Source: Myxococcales bacterium
Lineage (GTDB): Bacteria > Myxococcota_A > UBA9042 > JABWCM01 > BTVJ01
NCBI GenBank assembly: GCA_045863395.1
Contig: BTVJ01000073.1
Location: 1 to 36,022, forward strand
Direction of reading: 5' to 3'
DNA length: 36,022 nt
The stretch's first letter is position 1, and every line of letters begins with the position of its first letter. Below are positions 1 to 7,423 of this stretch, one piece after another. Position numbers and translations under genes: made by a program. The notes beneath the pieces were generated by a model. That model was not told the origin of the DNA, made no database searches, and worked only from the letters and a program-made list of their open reading frames with translations.

Positions 1-16
1 GCCGCCCGAAGGCGGC
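1..16 (-). terminator. GC hairpin with UUCG tetraloop downstream of the HEPN gene; possible intrinsic terminator
   Basis: Minus strand reads GCCGCC-TTCG-GGCGGC, a perfect 6-bp stem with a C(UUCG)G loop, about 50 nt past the HEPN stop. Any U-tract would lie outside the window. Confidence 0.45.
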
Positions 17-67
17 CATGAGGGGCGTGCAGCTATTTGTTGCTGACCCTGTCAGACCACGGGTGCG

Positions 68-472
68 TCAGACCCCGACCGGGACTCGTGCGCGCATGGC
101 GGCGACCAGCTCGGCCATCAGCGCCGCGTGGGCCGGCAGCCGCTCGTGGATCAGCTCTGCGACCCCCTCGTTGTAGGTGTGGGAGGTCATGTTCCGGTCG
201 TCACACATGCCGAGCGCCTCGACCACCCGCTCCGCGCCGAGCTGCCCCGTCGCCGCGGCCGCACGGAGGCACGCCTTCGGTGAGGCGCAGTGCAGGCCCT
301 CCGTGACCGCCAGGGTCCTCTGACACGCCTTCCAGGTGATCTCGAAAGAGTACTCGAAGCGCTGGATGGCCCCGTCCCGCTGGAGGGGGGGCGGTGTAGT
401 AAGGGAGAGTGCCTCTTGAAGCCTGAGGAGCGCCCGCTCGGAGAGGTCGAGCAGGGTCGTCAGTCGGTCCAT
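68..472 (-). CDS. HEPN-domain protein (HI0074 / nucleotidyltransferase substrate-binding family), putative RNase toxin
   Basis: The true start is probably the ATG at 472 (MDRLTTLL...), inside the long 68..1117 ORF. Contains the family signature RDGAIQRFEYSFEITWK, SPK and the HEPN Rx4H motif RNMTSHTY. Overlaps the upstream MNT gene by 13 nt. Confidence 0.9.
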   Translation of the reverse strand: MDRLTTLLDLSERALLRLQEALSLTTPPPLQRDGAIQRFEYSFEITWKACQRTLAVTEGLHCASPKACLRAAAATGQLGAERVVEALGMCDDRNMTSHTYNEGVAELIHERLPAHAALMAELVAAMRARVPVGV

Positions 473-861
473 CGAACACCTCGCGACACCGCCTCTGCCA
501 GGCCCGGGGCGTCCGCCAGGTCCACCACGTCGGCAGTGAACGGGATGCAGCTCTCCTCGAGGGCCTCTCTGACCTGAGAGGCGAGGAGCGGCGAGACGCG
601 CTCCCCGTGGCCGTCGAGCGCGATGTCCAGGTCCGAGAAGGGGCGTGGGGAGCCCCCCGGGGCCCGGGAACCAAACAGCCACGCGTCCACGCCAGACCCG
701 GCGAGCACCTCGCGGACGATGCGCCGCGCCTCGGCGAGGCTCCAGCCATCGACGAAGGCGGCGCCCTCCCGCCGCACCCGCGCCATCAGCTCTCCTCGAC
801 GCCTCGCCTCTTCGAGCAACCTGCCCATGCTGGGGACTACATCCTCCGGTGGCGCGGTCAT
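460..861 (-). CDS. Minimal nucleotidyltransferase (MNT), putative antitoxin
   Basis: Pol-beta-type motif LFGSRAPG...SDLDIAL and a third acidic position DVVDL. 133 aa, adjacent to HEPN. The start could be a later Met. Confidence 0.88.
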   Translation of the reverse strand: MTAPPEDVVPSMGRLLEEARRRGELMARVRREGAAFVDGWSLAEARRIVREVLAGSGVDAWLFGSRAPGGSPRPFSDLDIALDGHGERVSPLLASQVREALEESCIPFTADVVDLADAPGLAEAVSRGVRWTD

Positions 862-882
862 GGCCGCGGTGATGGTGTGGGG

Positions 883-1656
883 TCAGGGCTGCGAGGACCC
901 AGGATCCCCCTGTAGCGCCCGCAGCTTCGCCTCCAGCTCCGCGATGCGCGCCTCGGCGAGGTGCCGCGCGGCGGCCTCCTGCTGCGCGCGTGTGGCCTCC
1001 TGCTGCGCGCGTGTGGCCTCCTGGACGAGCGCCTCTTCGGGGCTCGGGAGCAGGACCCCGTCGCGGGTGTAGAACCGCAGCCACGGGCCTGGCGTGTTCC
1101 GGTGGATCCCGTCCCACAGCCCGAGGTCGAGCCCCAGGCGGTCACAGGGAAGGCGACCCTCCGGAGTGGGTTCGAGCGGTACGTACTCCATGCGGCTGAG
1201 GTCCAGCCTGTAGCCGTCGAGCTCGCCCGTGTCCGGGTCGAAGATGAAGTAGAAGGGGACGCGGAGCCTCTGGCCATAGACGACCTTCTTGCGCGTCGTG
1301 TCCTCCTCTCGGGTGGACGGTGACGTGAGCTCGACGACCACGTCGGGGGCCTGCTCCTCCTCCCACATGACCCAGGACTTGCGGGGGTGGTTGTCCGTCC
1401 CCAGCACGACGAAGAAGTCCGGGCCCCGGAAGTCGTTGCGCTTCGTCTGGAGCAGGCTGAAGTACAGGAACATGTTTCCGCCGGTGTAGTAGTCGGTCCG
1501 GTCGCTCCAGTGCAGGCAGAGGGTGCTGGTCAGAAGCTCCATCTGGTGGCGGTGCTTGGCGGTCTCCAACGGAATACCATCCTCGCAAGGCAGCTCCTCC
1601 GCCGTGGGGAGGTGCGGCAGGTCCTCGGGCAGGGTGTTGGGAGCCGGCTCGTTCAT
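883..1656 (-). CDS. Uma2/DUF820 family PD-(D/E)xK-like endonuclease with C-terminal coiled coil
   Basis: ATG at 1656 preceded by AGGAGG. Motifs LPCEDGIPLETAKHRHQM, GPDFFVV, PDVVVELTSPSTREEDTTRKKVVY and FYFIFDP. Tail QEATRAQQEATRAQQEAAAR. Confidence 0.9.
   Translation of the reverse strand: MNEPAPNTLPEDLPHLPTAEELPCEDGIPLETAKHRHQMELLTSTLCLHWSDRTDYYTGGNMFLYFSLLQTKRNDFRGPDFFVVLGTDNHPRKSWVMWEEEQAPDVVVELTSPSTREEDTTRKKVVYGQRLRVPFYFIFDPDTGELDGYRLDLSRMEYVPLEPTPEGRLPCDRLGLDLGLWDGIHRNTPGPWLRFYTRDGVLLPSPEEALVQEATRAQQEATRAQQEAAARHLAEARIAELEAKLRALQGDPGSSQP
973..1023. repeat. 21-bp coding tandem repeat (about 2.4 copies) in the Uma2 tail
   Basis: GGCCTCCTGCTGCGCGCGTGT at 973 and 994, plus a partial copy at 1015. 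Confidence 0.9.
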
Positions 1657-1675
1657 GACGACCTCCTGGGGGAGG

Positions 1676-1684
1676 ATCCTAGCA
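1676..1684 (-). promoter_or_regulatory. Putative extended -10 element for the Uma2-MNT-HEPN unit
   Basis: Minus strand TGCTAGGAT (TGnTAnnnT) just upstream of the AGGAGG RBS. Confidence 0.4.
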
Positions 1685-1741
1685 CAGGGGAGCTGGACAC
1701 CGCACGCCCTGCGGCGAGCTGGAGGGGGCCAGGGCCTGGCG

Positions 1742-1957
1742 TGGGCGGTCCGGAACGGCGGGTCGGGGTATCCGGAGCGCCTGGTCCGGCAATCCGAATG
1801 CGTGGTCCGGGTATCCGGATCGCCCGCTCCGGCAATCCGGTGGCGTGGTCCGGGTATCCGGATCGCCCGCTCCGGCAATCCGGTGGCGTGGTCTCACGGT
1901 CCGGAACGTCGGGTCCGCCAGTCCGTGCGCGTGGTTCGGGCATCCAGAGTGCCGTGT
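1742..1957. repeat. Non-coding degenerate tandem array of ten 21/22-bp units with a 43-bp higher-order period
   Basis: Units start at 1742, 1764, 1786, 1807, 1829, 1850, 1872, 1893, 1915 and 1936. Every unit has TCC at positions 8-10 and ends in T. 1807-1849 and 1850-1892 are exact 43-bp copies. Confidence 0.9.
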
Positions 1958-2004
1958 CCCGGGGCCCGCGTCGCCCTGAACGAGGACTCGCCAGGCCGAC
2001 CGGC

Positions 2005-2064
2005 GCCGGGTTGACTTCATGCCGGGTTGGGTCGACACTCGTCGCCATCAACCCGGTCGCCATC
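2005..2064 (+). promoter_or_regulatory. Putative sigma70-like promoter overlapped by inverted and direct repeats
   Basis: TTGACT (2011-2016)-N17-GACACT (2034-2039). Inverted repeat CCGGGTTGA (2006-2014)/TCAACCCGG (2048-2056). Direct repeats GCCGGGTTG x2 and GTCGCCATC x2. Confidence 0.4.
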
Positions 2065-2084
2065 GACTGACGAGGAGGTGGGAA

Positions 2085-2903
2085 ATGGCGTCACCTGACA
2101 GCTCGATCATGATCCCGTCCGGCCCCGACTGCGTGGAGCTGCACCGCGCCGAGGCACTCGCGCTTCCGGCCGCCCGCGTCCGGACTTCATTCGACTTGCC
2201 GCTGCGGGTGGTCGTGGAGGAGGGCCACGACACCGGCGAGTATGCCCGGCGCTACTACGCATCGAGCGAGAGAGTCCCCGGCTTCGACAAGGTGTCCTTC
2301 CGGGTCCCGGCGGAGACTCCGAAGCGGCTGTTGACCCTCGCCGCCGCCGCGCGCGAGATGTGCTACGTCGTGACGGTGGGCCGCGGCAACACGAGCCTGC
2401 GCGCGGTGTTCCAGGACGGGGAGAAGGTCCTCCAGCGCCTGACCGACGATCTGGGATTCTGGCTCGACGACGGCGTGGACACGGACGATGACGCAGCCTA
2501 CGCCGCGCTGAAGGACGAGCATGACGACACGCTCTCCATCGACCGCCTGTCGGCGGCCCTCTACGACTTCGCCCGCATGGGTGAGAGTCTCGGCTCCGCC
2601 ATGCTCGCCGCCGGCATGGAGACCTGGGACCCGACGCTGCCCGCGCAGGCCCTGAAGCTGCGAGACACGCTGAGCACACCGGTCCCGCCCCCGGACCGCG
2701 CCGACCTCGACCTGCGAAACCGCCTGCTCTCAATCCTCCAAGCGGAGGTGGGCGTCGTCCGCCGCACGGCCGCCTATCTGTGGGCCCGCAATCACCGCGA
2801 CGTATACGGCCTCTTCGCGAGCGCCTGGCTCCGCAACAAGAACCTCGCCGCGAAGCGCCGCGCCGCGAAGGCGAGCGAGACCCCCGACGACGCGCTCTTC
2901 TGA
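2085..2903 (+). CDS. Hypothetical alpha-helical protein (272 aa) of unknown function
   Basis: GAGGAGG RBS before the ATG at 2085 and strong GC3 codon bias. Motifs FWLDDGVDTDDD and LRNRLLSIL...VRRTAAYLW, and a basic C-terminus. Confidence 0.8.
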   Translation: MASPDSSIMIPSGPDCVELHRAEALALPAARVRTSFDLPLRVVVEEGHDTGEYARRYYASSERVPGFDKVSFRVPAETPKRLLTLAAAAREMCYVVTVGRGNTSLRAVFQDGEKVLQRLTDDLGFWLDDGVDTDDDAAYAALKDEHDDTLSIDRLSAALYDFARMGESLGSAMLAAGMETWDPTLPAQALKLRDTLSTPVPPPDRADLDLRNRLLSILQAEVGVVRRTAAYLWARNHRDVYGLFASAWLRNKNLAAKRRAAKASETPDDALF

Positions 2904-2944
2904 CCAGGCGAACCGCGAGCCCGCGCACGTGGTCACAGGTCCCG

Positions 2945-3130
2945 GTCGCTGTCTCGCTGACCTACGAGAACAGCTACGAGCTCGTGGAGATCCCGGCCGT
3001 GCCGAACACGACCTGCGAGATCTACGTGGAGCCATTCTCGTGGAGTGCTACAAACAGGTGCAAGCCTCACCAGCTCGCGATCGGCCCGGAGTCGGAGATC
3101 TGCTGGGACGGAGTCTCCCCGCCCCGGTGA
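2945..3130 (+). pseudogene. Probable gene remnant without a start codon
   Basis: The frame reading VAVSLTYENSYELVEIPAVPNTTCEIYVEPFSW has gene-like GC3 bias over about 100 nt and then degrades. There is no in-frame start or RBS after the upstream stop. Confidence 0.35.
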
Positions 3131-3444
3131 CACTCCAATCGCACGAGGTCACTTGCCGGGCCCGGGTCATCTCTGGGGCCATCGACGCGGGCTCCGTCCT
3201 GGGCGTCGACCTCGCGACGCGCGGCCGGGGGGTAACGGCGGGCGGTCCGAGGATCCGGCCAGCGGCATCGAGGACGTGGGGGAGGGCCTCGTGCAGTGCT
3301 GTCCCATCGAGGTGTAGGAGGGGCCTGACAGCGAGACCGACGACCCGCGCTGCGAGGGGCTCGACGCCCTCTGCCCTGGCCGCGACCCCCGGCGGCTTGT
3401 CGGTGCGGCGCCGCCGCGGTAGGCTTCCCGCAGGAGGTCACACC

Positions 3445-4329
3445 ATGGCGGAGATCGCTTCCGAGATGGGCTGGGTGGTGGATGACGACGACCCGCGGGC
3501 CCCGACGCAGGAGGTCTGGGATCGGCTGACCCCCGAGCAGCGGACCGCCGTGCTTGCCATGCTCCCGTCCGAGTTCCCCGTGTCAGAGGCCGCTCCGCCC
3601 GAGGGGGACGCACACTTCGAGGTCAAGTCCACGGTGCGAGACGTGCTGCGGCGGTACTTCCGGCGCGGAGGCTCGCGCATCTACGTCGGCTGCGAGCTGC
3701 CCGTGTACTACCCCGGCGAGCGCATGTTCGCCCCCGACATCATGGTCGTGACGGACGTGGACCCCCACCCGAGGGAGCACTGGACCGTCAGCCACGAAGG
3801 GAAGGGCCTCGACCTGGCCATGGAGATCCTGGTGCACGGGAGGCGGGCAAAGGACCTGCGACGCAACGCGGTGCGCTACGCCGCCCTCGGCATTCGCGAG
3901 TACTTCGTGTTCGACTGGGGGCGCAGGACCTTGCACGCCAGGCGCCTCGAGGCCGGGGCCTATGTCACGGTCGCGGCCCGCGGAGGCAGCTATCACTCCG
4001 ACGTCCTCGACATGGAGCTCGCCGTGGTCGGCGAGCGGGTGCGTTTCTACCGGCTCGGGGCAGAGGTCCCCGAGGCCGACGAGCTCATCGGGCGCCTCGA
4101 GGCCGTCGCCGACGAGCTGTTGGCCCGCGCCGAGGAGCAGGCGCGGAGGATCGAGGAGGAGTCCAGGCGCGCGGAGGAGGAGTCCAGGCGCGCGGAGGAG
4201 GAGTCCAGGCGCGCAGAGGAGGAGTCCAAGCGCGCAGAGTCGGCGCTCGCCGAGGCCGCGCAGGAGCGGGCCGAGCGCCAGCGGCTCGAGGCGCTCCTCG
4301 CCGCGCTCCAGGGCAAGGGAGGCTCCTGA
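3445..4329 (+). CDS. Uma2/DUF820 family endonuclease (second, divergent paralogue) with coiled-coil tail
   Basis: AGGAGG RBS and ATG at 3445. Motifs PPEGDAH, ELPVYYPGERMFAPDIMVV, LDLAMEILVHGRRAKDLRRNAVRYAALGIREYFVFD. Tail has four EEES(R/K)RA heptads. Confidence 0.9.
   Translation: MAEIASEMGWVVDDDDPRAPTQEVWDRLTPEQRTAVLAMLPSEFPVSEAAPPEGDAHFEVKSTVRDVLRRYFRRGGSRIYVGCELPVYYPGERMFAPDIMVVTDVDPHPREHWTVSHEGKGLDLAMEILVHGRRAKDLRRNAVRYAALGIREYFVFDWGRRTLHARRLEAGAYVTVAARGGSYHSDVLDMELAVVGERVRFYRLGAEVPEADELIGRLEAVADELLARAEEQARRIEEESRRAEEESRRAEEESRRAEEESKRAESALAEAAQERAERQRLEALLAALQGKGGS
4153..4236 (+). repeat. 21-bp coding tandem repeat, 4 copies (EEESRRA heptads)
   Basis: GAGGAGGAGTCCAGGCGCGCG at 4153 and 4174, with near-identical copies at 4195 and 4216. 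Confidence 0.93.
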
Positions 4330-4425
4330 CCTTTGGCGGCGCCCCCGGGGCCTGCGACCGCCATCGCCATCTCCAGGGTGGGTTGGCCCCTGGGGCAGGG
4401 CGGGCCGTCGGGAGGAGGGCCCCGC

Positions 4426-7302
4426 TCATCTCCGCAGCACCCCGCGTCGCGTCGCCTCCGCCCTGAGAGCGGTCGCGGTCTCCGCGCTGCCTCGGCCCTC
4501 CAGGGCCGCGGCGAGGCCCAGGACCGCCATCGGGTCCGAGGGCGCCAGGGCGTAGGCGACCTGGCGCGCGACGAGGACGCCGGGCCGCGCCGCCCAGCGG
4601 GCGCGGAGGCGTGCGGCCGCCTCGGGGTCTCGCAGCCCCACGATGTCGGCGTCCATCTGCGTTGGCTCGTGGCCCCCCTGCTCGGCCTTGAGCACGAGCG
4701 CCACGGCGTCGTCGACGCGCGGGTCGTCCGCTCCCCTTGGCAGCGAGCGGAGCCGCTCCACCTCCGGCAGGAGGTCGTCTGGCCCCGGCGGCGCCTTCTC
4801 CGCGGCCACCTGCGCCACCAGCACCTGGGCGAGGGCGACCTCCACCTCTGGAAGCGGCTCCCGCCCCATCGCTGAACGCAGCTCGGCCTCCGCCACGCCC
4901 AGCGCCTTGCCGTCGGGGGCCGCCAGGTCGCGGGCCGCCGAGGCGAGCAGGATGGCCGCCGCGGCGCGCGTCCGGCCGTCGGTGCGCCGCAGGAGCACCC
5001 GGGCGCGCCGCCAGCCGTCCCGCAACGCCATGACACACTCCGGGTCGCTGGCGCAGGGCACGGGCAAGAGCTCCAGCCCCGACGGGAGCTCCGCCCACAG
5101 CCGGCCGAGCGCCGCCTCGTCGCCCATCAGCTCGTGCCAGCGCGCGAGCCAGGCCACGGAGTCCGTCTCTCCCGGGGTGCGCCGGGCCAGCGCCTCGTGG
5201 AGCCGCACCGCCGCCCGGAGCTCCTCGCTGTGCCGCGCCGCCTCCAGCACCGCGGCGCGCGAGCCCCCGAGCGCCGCCAGCTCCAGGAAGTCCGGGCTCG
5301 TCGACGCCGGCAGCAGCAGGTCGACCCGCAGCGTCGCGCCCAGCGCCCGCACGATGCCCAGGTGGGACAGCACGTCCGCCTGGTTGGCCAGCACGATGGG
5401 GTCGTCGTCGACCACGGCCGCCCGCTCGAGGAGCGCGGCCGCCCGCTCCAGATCGCCGATGTCTCCCCGGCAGTCCCAGCGGGAGCGGTGGTAGCTCGCC
5501 ACCTCCACCAGCGACGCCGCGTCGTCCGCGTCCAGGTCCGCCTGACGCACCAGCACGTCCAGGATCTCGCACGCGTCGCCGAGCTGCCCGCGGCGCGAGT
5601 AGAGCTGGGCCTGGGCCTCCAGCAGCGGGCCTGACGCCGCCGCCGCCCCCAGGCTCGCCGCCTTCGACGCCCACGCCAATGTGTCCTCCAGGCCGTCCGC
5701 GACCGTGAAGCGGTGGAGGGCCACCCGCGCGCGGTGGTCGGCGCTCGGCGCCAGGTCGAAGGCCCGGTCCAGGGTCGCCCGCGCCCGGTCCCGCAGGCCC
5801 AGCCGCCACAGGCAGCGGCCGATGGTGTCCAGGGAGTCGGCGTCGCCTCCCTCCAGCAGCGCCAGGGCGGCGCGCCGCTCGCCGCCTCGGTCCAGCGCGC
5901 GGGCCACGGCGCACCGGGCGCTCGGCGTCAGCTCACCCGGGAGCGCGTGCTCCATCAGGGCGCGGGCCGTCTCTGCCGCGCGCCCGCGCTCGGCCCCCGC
6001 CGGGTCGGGCCGCCTGTCGGCGAGGAACAGCTCCCGCCGCAGCAGCTCCACGGCGAGGGGCACCGCGCTGCCCGAGGCCCTCGCGTCCGCCTCCAGGCGG
6101 TCGGCCATGTGCCGCCACCCGGCCGCCGCCGCCATGCGTGCCTCCTGGCGCAGGCGAGACCGCGCCTCGAGCCGCGCCAGGATCGCCCCTCGGTCCAGCT
6201 CGTCGCCCACCTGGCCGCCCCGTCGCTGAGCGGCCAGGGCCAGCAGCCGCAGCTCCGGCGCCGTGTCGCCCCGCCCGAGCCACACCCCGAGGGTGGCGGT
6301 CGCCTCGTCGTGGAGGCCCACCCGCCGGAGCAGCAGCGCGCGCAGGCGCACGAGCGAGGGGTCCGCGGGCCACGTCTCGACGAGGGGCTCCAGGTGGGTG
6401 AGCGCCCGCTCGGCGTCCCCGAGGGAGCGCAGGGCGACCAGCGACTGCAGCACCGTGGCGCCCGCCGCGAGGTCCCGGCGGAGGACCTCGGGCGTGTCCG
6501 GGTCCCCCGCGACCGCGTCGAGCTGCCCGATGAGCAGCTCCGCCGGGCCGTGCCCTGACGCGGGCCCGACGAGCCTGCCGACCGTCGTGGCGGCGCCCGG
6601 ATCGAGCCGGCGCAGCGCGTCGACCACGGGACCGAGGGTGCGACCCGCCGTCGGCAGCCCGCCAGCGTCGGGCACGAAGCCAGCGCGCGCGATGCGTCCC
6701 ACCACCCGCACGGCGGTCGCCGGCGGGAGGACCGACGCGTCTCCCCGGCGCACGGCCACGTCCATGAGGTGGAGCGCCCGCTCGGCGGTCAGCCGGTGGG
6801 CCCTGCGACGCAGCAGACCCCACAGGGCCGCGGTGGCGTCCCGGCGGGCGTCCTTGGGCAGCCAGGCCCGCTCGAGCTGTGCCACGAGGAGGTCTCCTGC
6901 CTCCGCAGGCCGCGACTCCACGAGCGCCGCGGCGTGGCGGACCGCGCGGCGGGCCAGGGCCCCTTCCACGTCCAGCACGATGACCCCCGACGGCACCTCG
7001 GCGATGAGGGTGGCGGCGGCGGCGCGGGTGTCGTCGGCGACCAGCGCCTCGATGAGCGCGGGGCGAACAGCGCGGACCAGGGCGGCCCGCGCCCCGCTGG
7101 GCGCCGCCTCGATGATCGACGCCAGCAGCGACTCAGGACCCACGGGCTGGGGCCGCCTCGCCTCCAAGGCCAGGATCGTCGCGCCCCCGAGCGCCAGCCC
7201 CGCCGCGACGCTGACCAGCGCGACCCGCAAGGGCCGCACGGCGCGCAGAGACCCAAGCAGCCGGCCCCACGCTCCCAAGACTCCTCCTTCGTGTGCAGAC
7301 AT
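4426..7302 (-). CDS. Large Ala/Leu/Arg-rich TPR-like helical repeat protein with an N-terminal membrane anchor
   Basis: Long ORF with coding-like codon pattern and likely start MSAHEGG at 7302. Hydrophobic segment VALVSVAAGLALGGATILAL. TPR-like helix pairs, e.g. ARATLDRAFDLAP and ALLERAAVVDDDPIVLANQA. Confidence 0.65.
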   Translation of the reverse strand: MSAHEGGVLGAWGRLLGSLRAVRPLRVALVSVAAGLALGGATILALEARRPQPVGPESLLASIIEAAPSGARAALVRAVRPALIEALVADDTRAAAATLIAEVPSGVIVLDVEGALARRAVRHAAALVESRPAEAGDLLVAQLERAWLPKDARRDATAALWGLLRRRAHRLTAERALHLMDVAVRRGDASVLPPATAVRVVGRIARAGFVPDAGGLPTAGRTLGPVVDALRRLDPGAATTVGRLVGPASGHGPAELLIGQLDAVAGDPDTPEVLRRDLAAGATVLQSLVALRSLGDAERALTHLEPLVETWPADPSLVRLRALLLRRVGLHDEATATLGVWLGRGDTAPELRLLALAAQRRGGQVGDELDRGAILARLEARSRLRQEARMAAAAGWRHMADRLEADARASGSAVPLAVELLRRELFLADRRPDPAGAERGRAAETARALMEHALPGELTPSARCAVARALDRGGERRAALALLEGGDADSLDTIGRCLWRLGLRDRARATLDRAFDLAPSADHRARVALHRFTVADGLEDTLAWASKAASLGAAAASGPLLEAQAQLYSRRGQLGDACEILDVLVRQADLDADDAASLVEVASYHRSRWDCRGDIGDLERAAALLERAAVVDDDPIVLANQADVLSHLGIVRALGATLRVDLLLPASTSPDFLELAALGGSRAAVLEAARHSEELRAAVRLHEALARRTPGETDSVAWLARWHELMGDEAALGRLWAELPSGLELLPVPCASDPECVMALRDGWRRARVLLRRTDGRTRAAAAILLASAARDLAAPDGKALGVAEAELRSAMGREPLPEVEVALAQVLVAQVAAEKAPPGPDDLLPEVERLRSLPRGADDPRVDDAVALVLKAEQGGHEPTQMDADIVGLRDPEAAARLRARWAARPGVLVARQVAYALAPSDPMAVLGLAAALEGRGSAETATALRAEATRRGVLRR

Positions 7303-7423
7303 CCGCAGGCGCCAGGGTAGCGCCGTCTGGCCCGCGCGCCAACAGGGTCCGACGCTCCCCTCGGTGGACGGCCCCCCTCGCGCGTGGTAGACGCCGAGGT
7401 CCACCCGACACGGAGGAACGCCC

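Noticed and set aside
473..1117. N-terminal 215 aa of the 349-aa ORF as part of the HEPN protein
   Set aside because: It overlaps the MNT and Uma2 genes in another frame and is Arg/Gly/Pro-rich noise. The HEPN domain begins at the ATG at 472.
1742..1957. CRISPR array or TIGR-like guide array interpretation of the repeats
   Set aside because: There is no constant repeat alternating with unique spacers, two 43-bp units are exact copies, and no cas or Nop-domain gene is recognisable nearby.
1657..2063. ORFs crossing the repeat array, including the 5' extension of the Uma2 ORF to 1878
   Set aside because: The 43-bp period makes the same peptide appear in shifting frames, and the Uma2 gene has a clear RBS and ATG at 1656.
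1..4330. Defined mobile element (IS, prophage or integron) around the accessory island
   Set aside because: No transposase, integrase, terminal inverted repeats, target-site duplication or attC-like sites were recognised.
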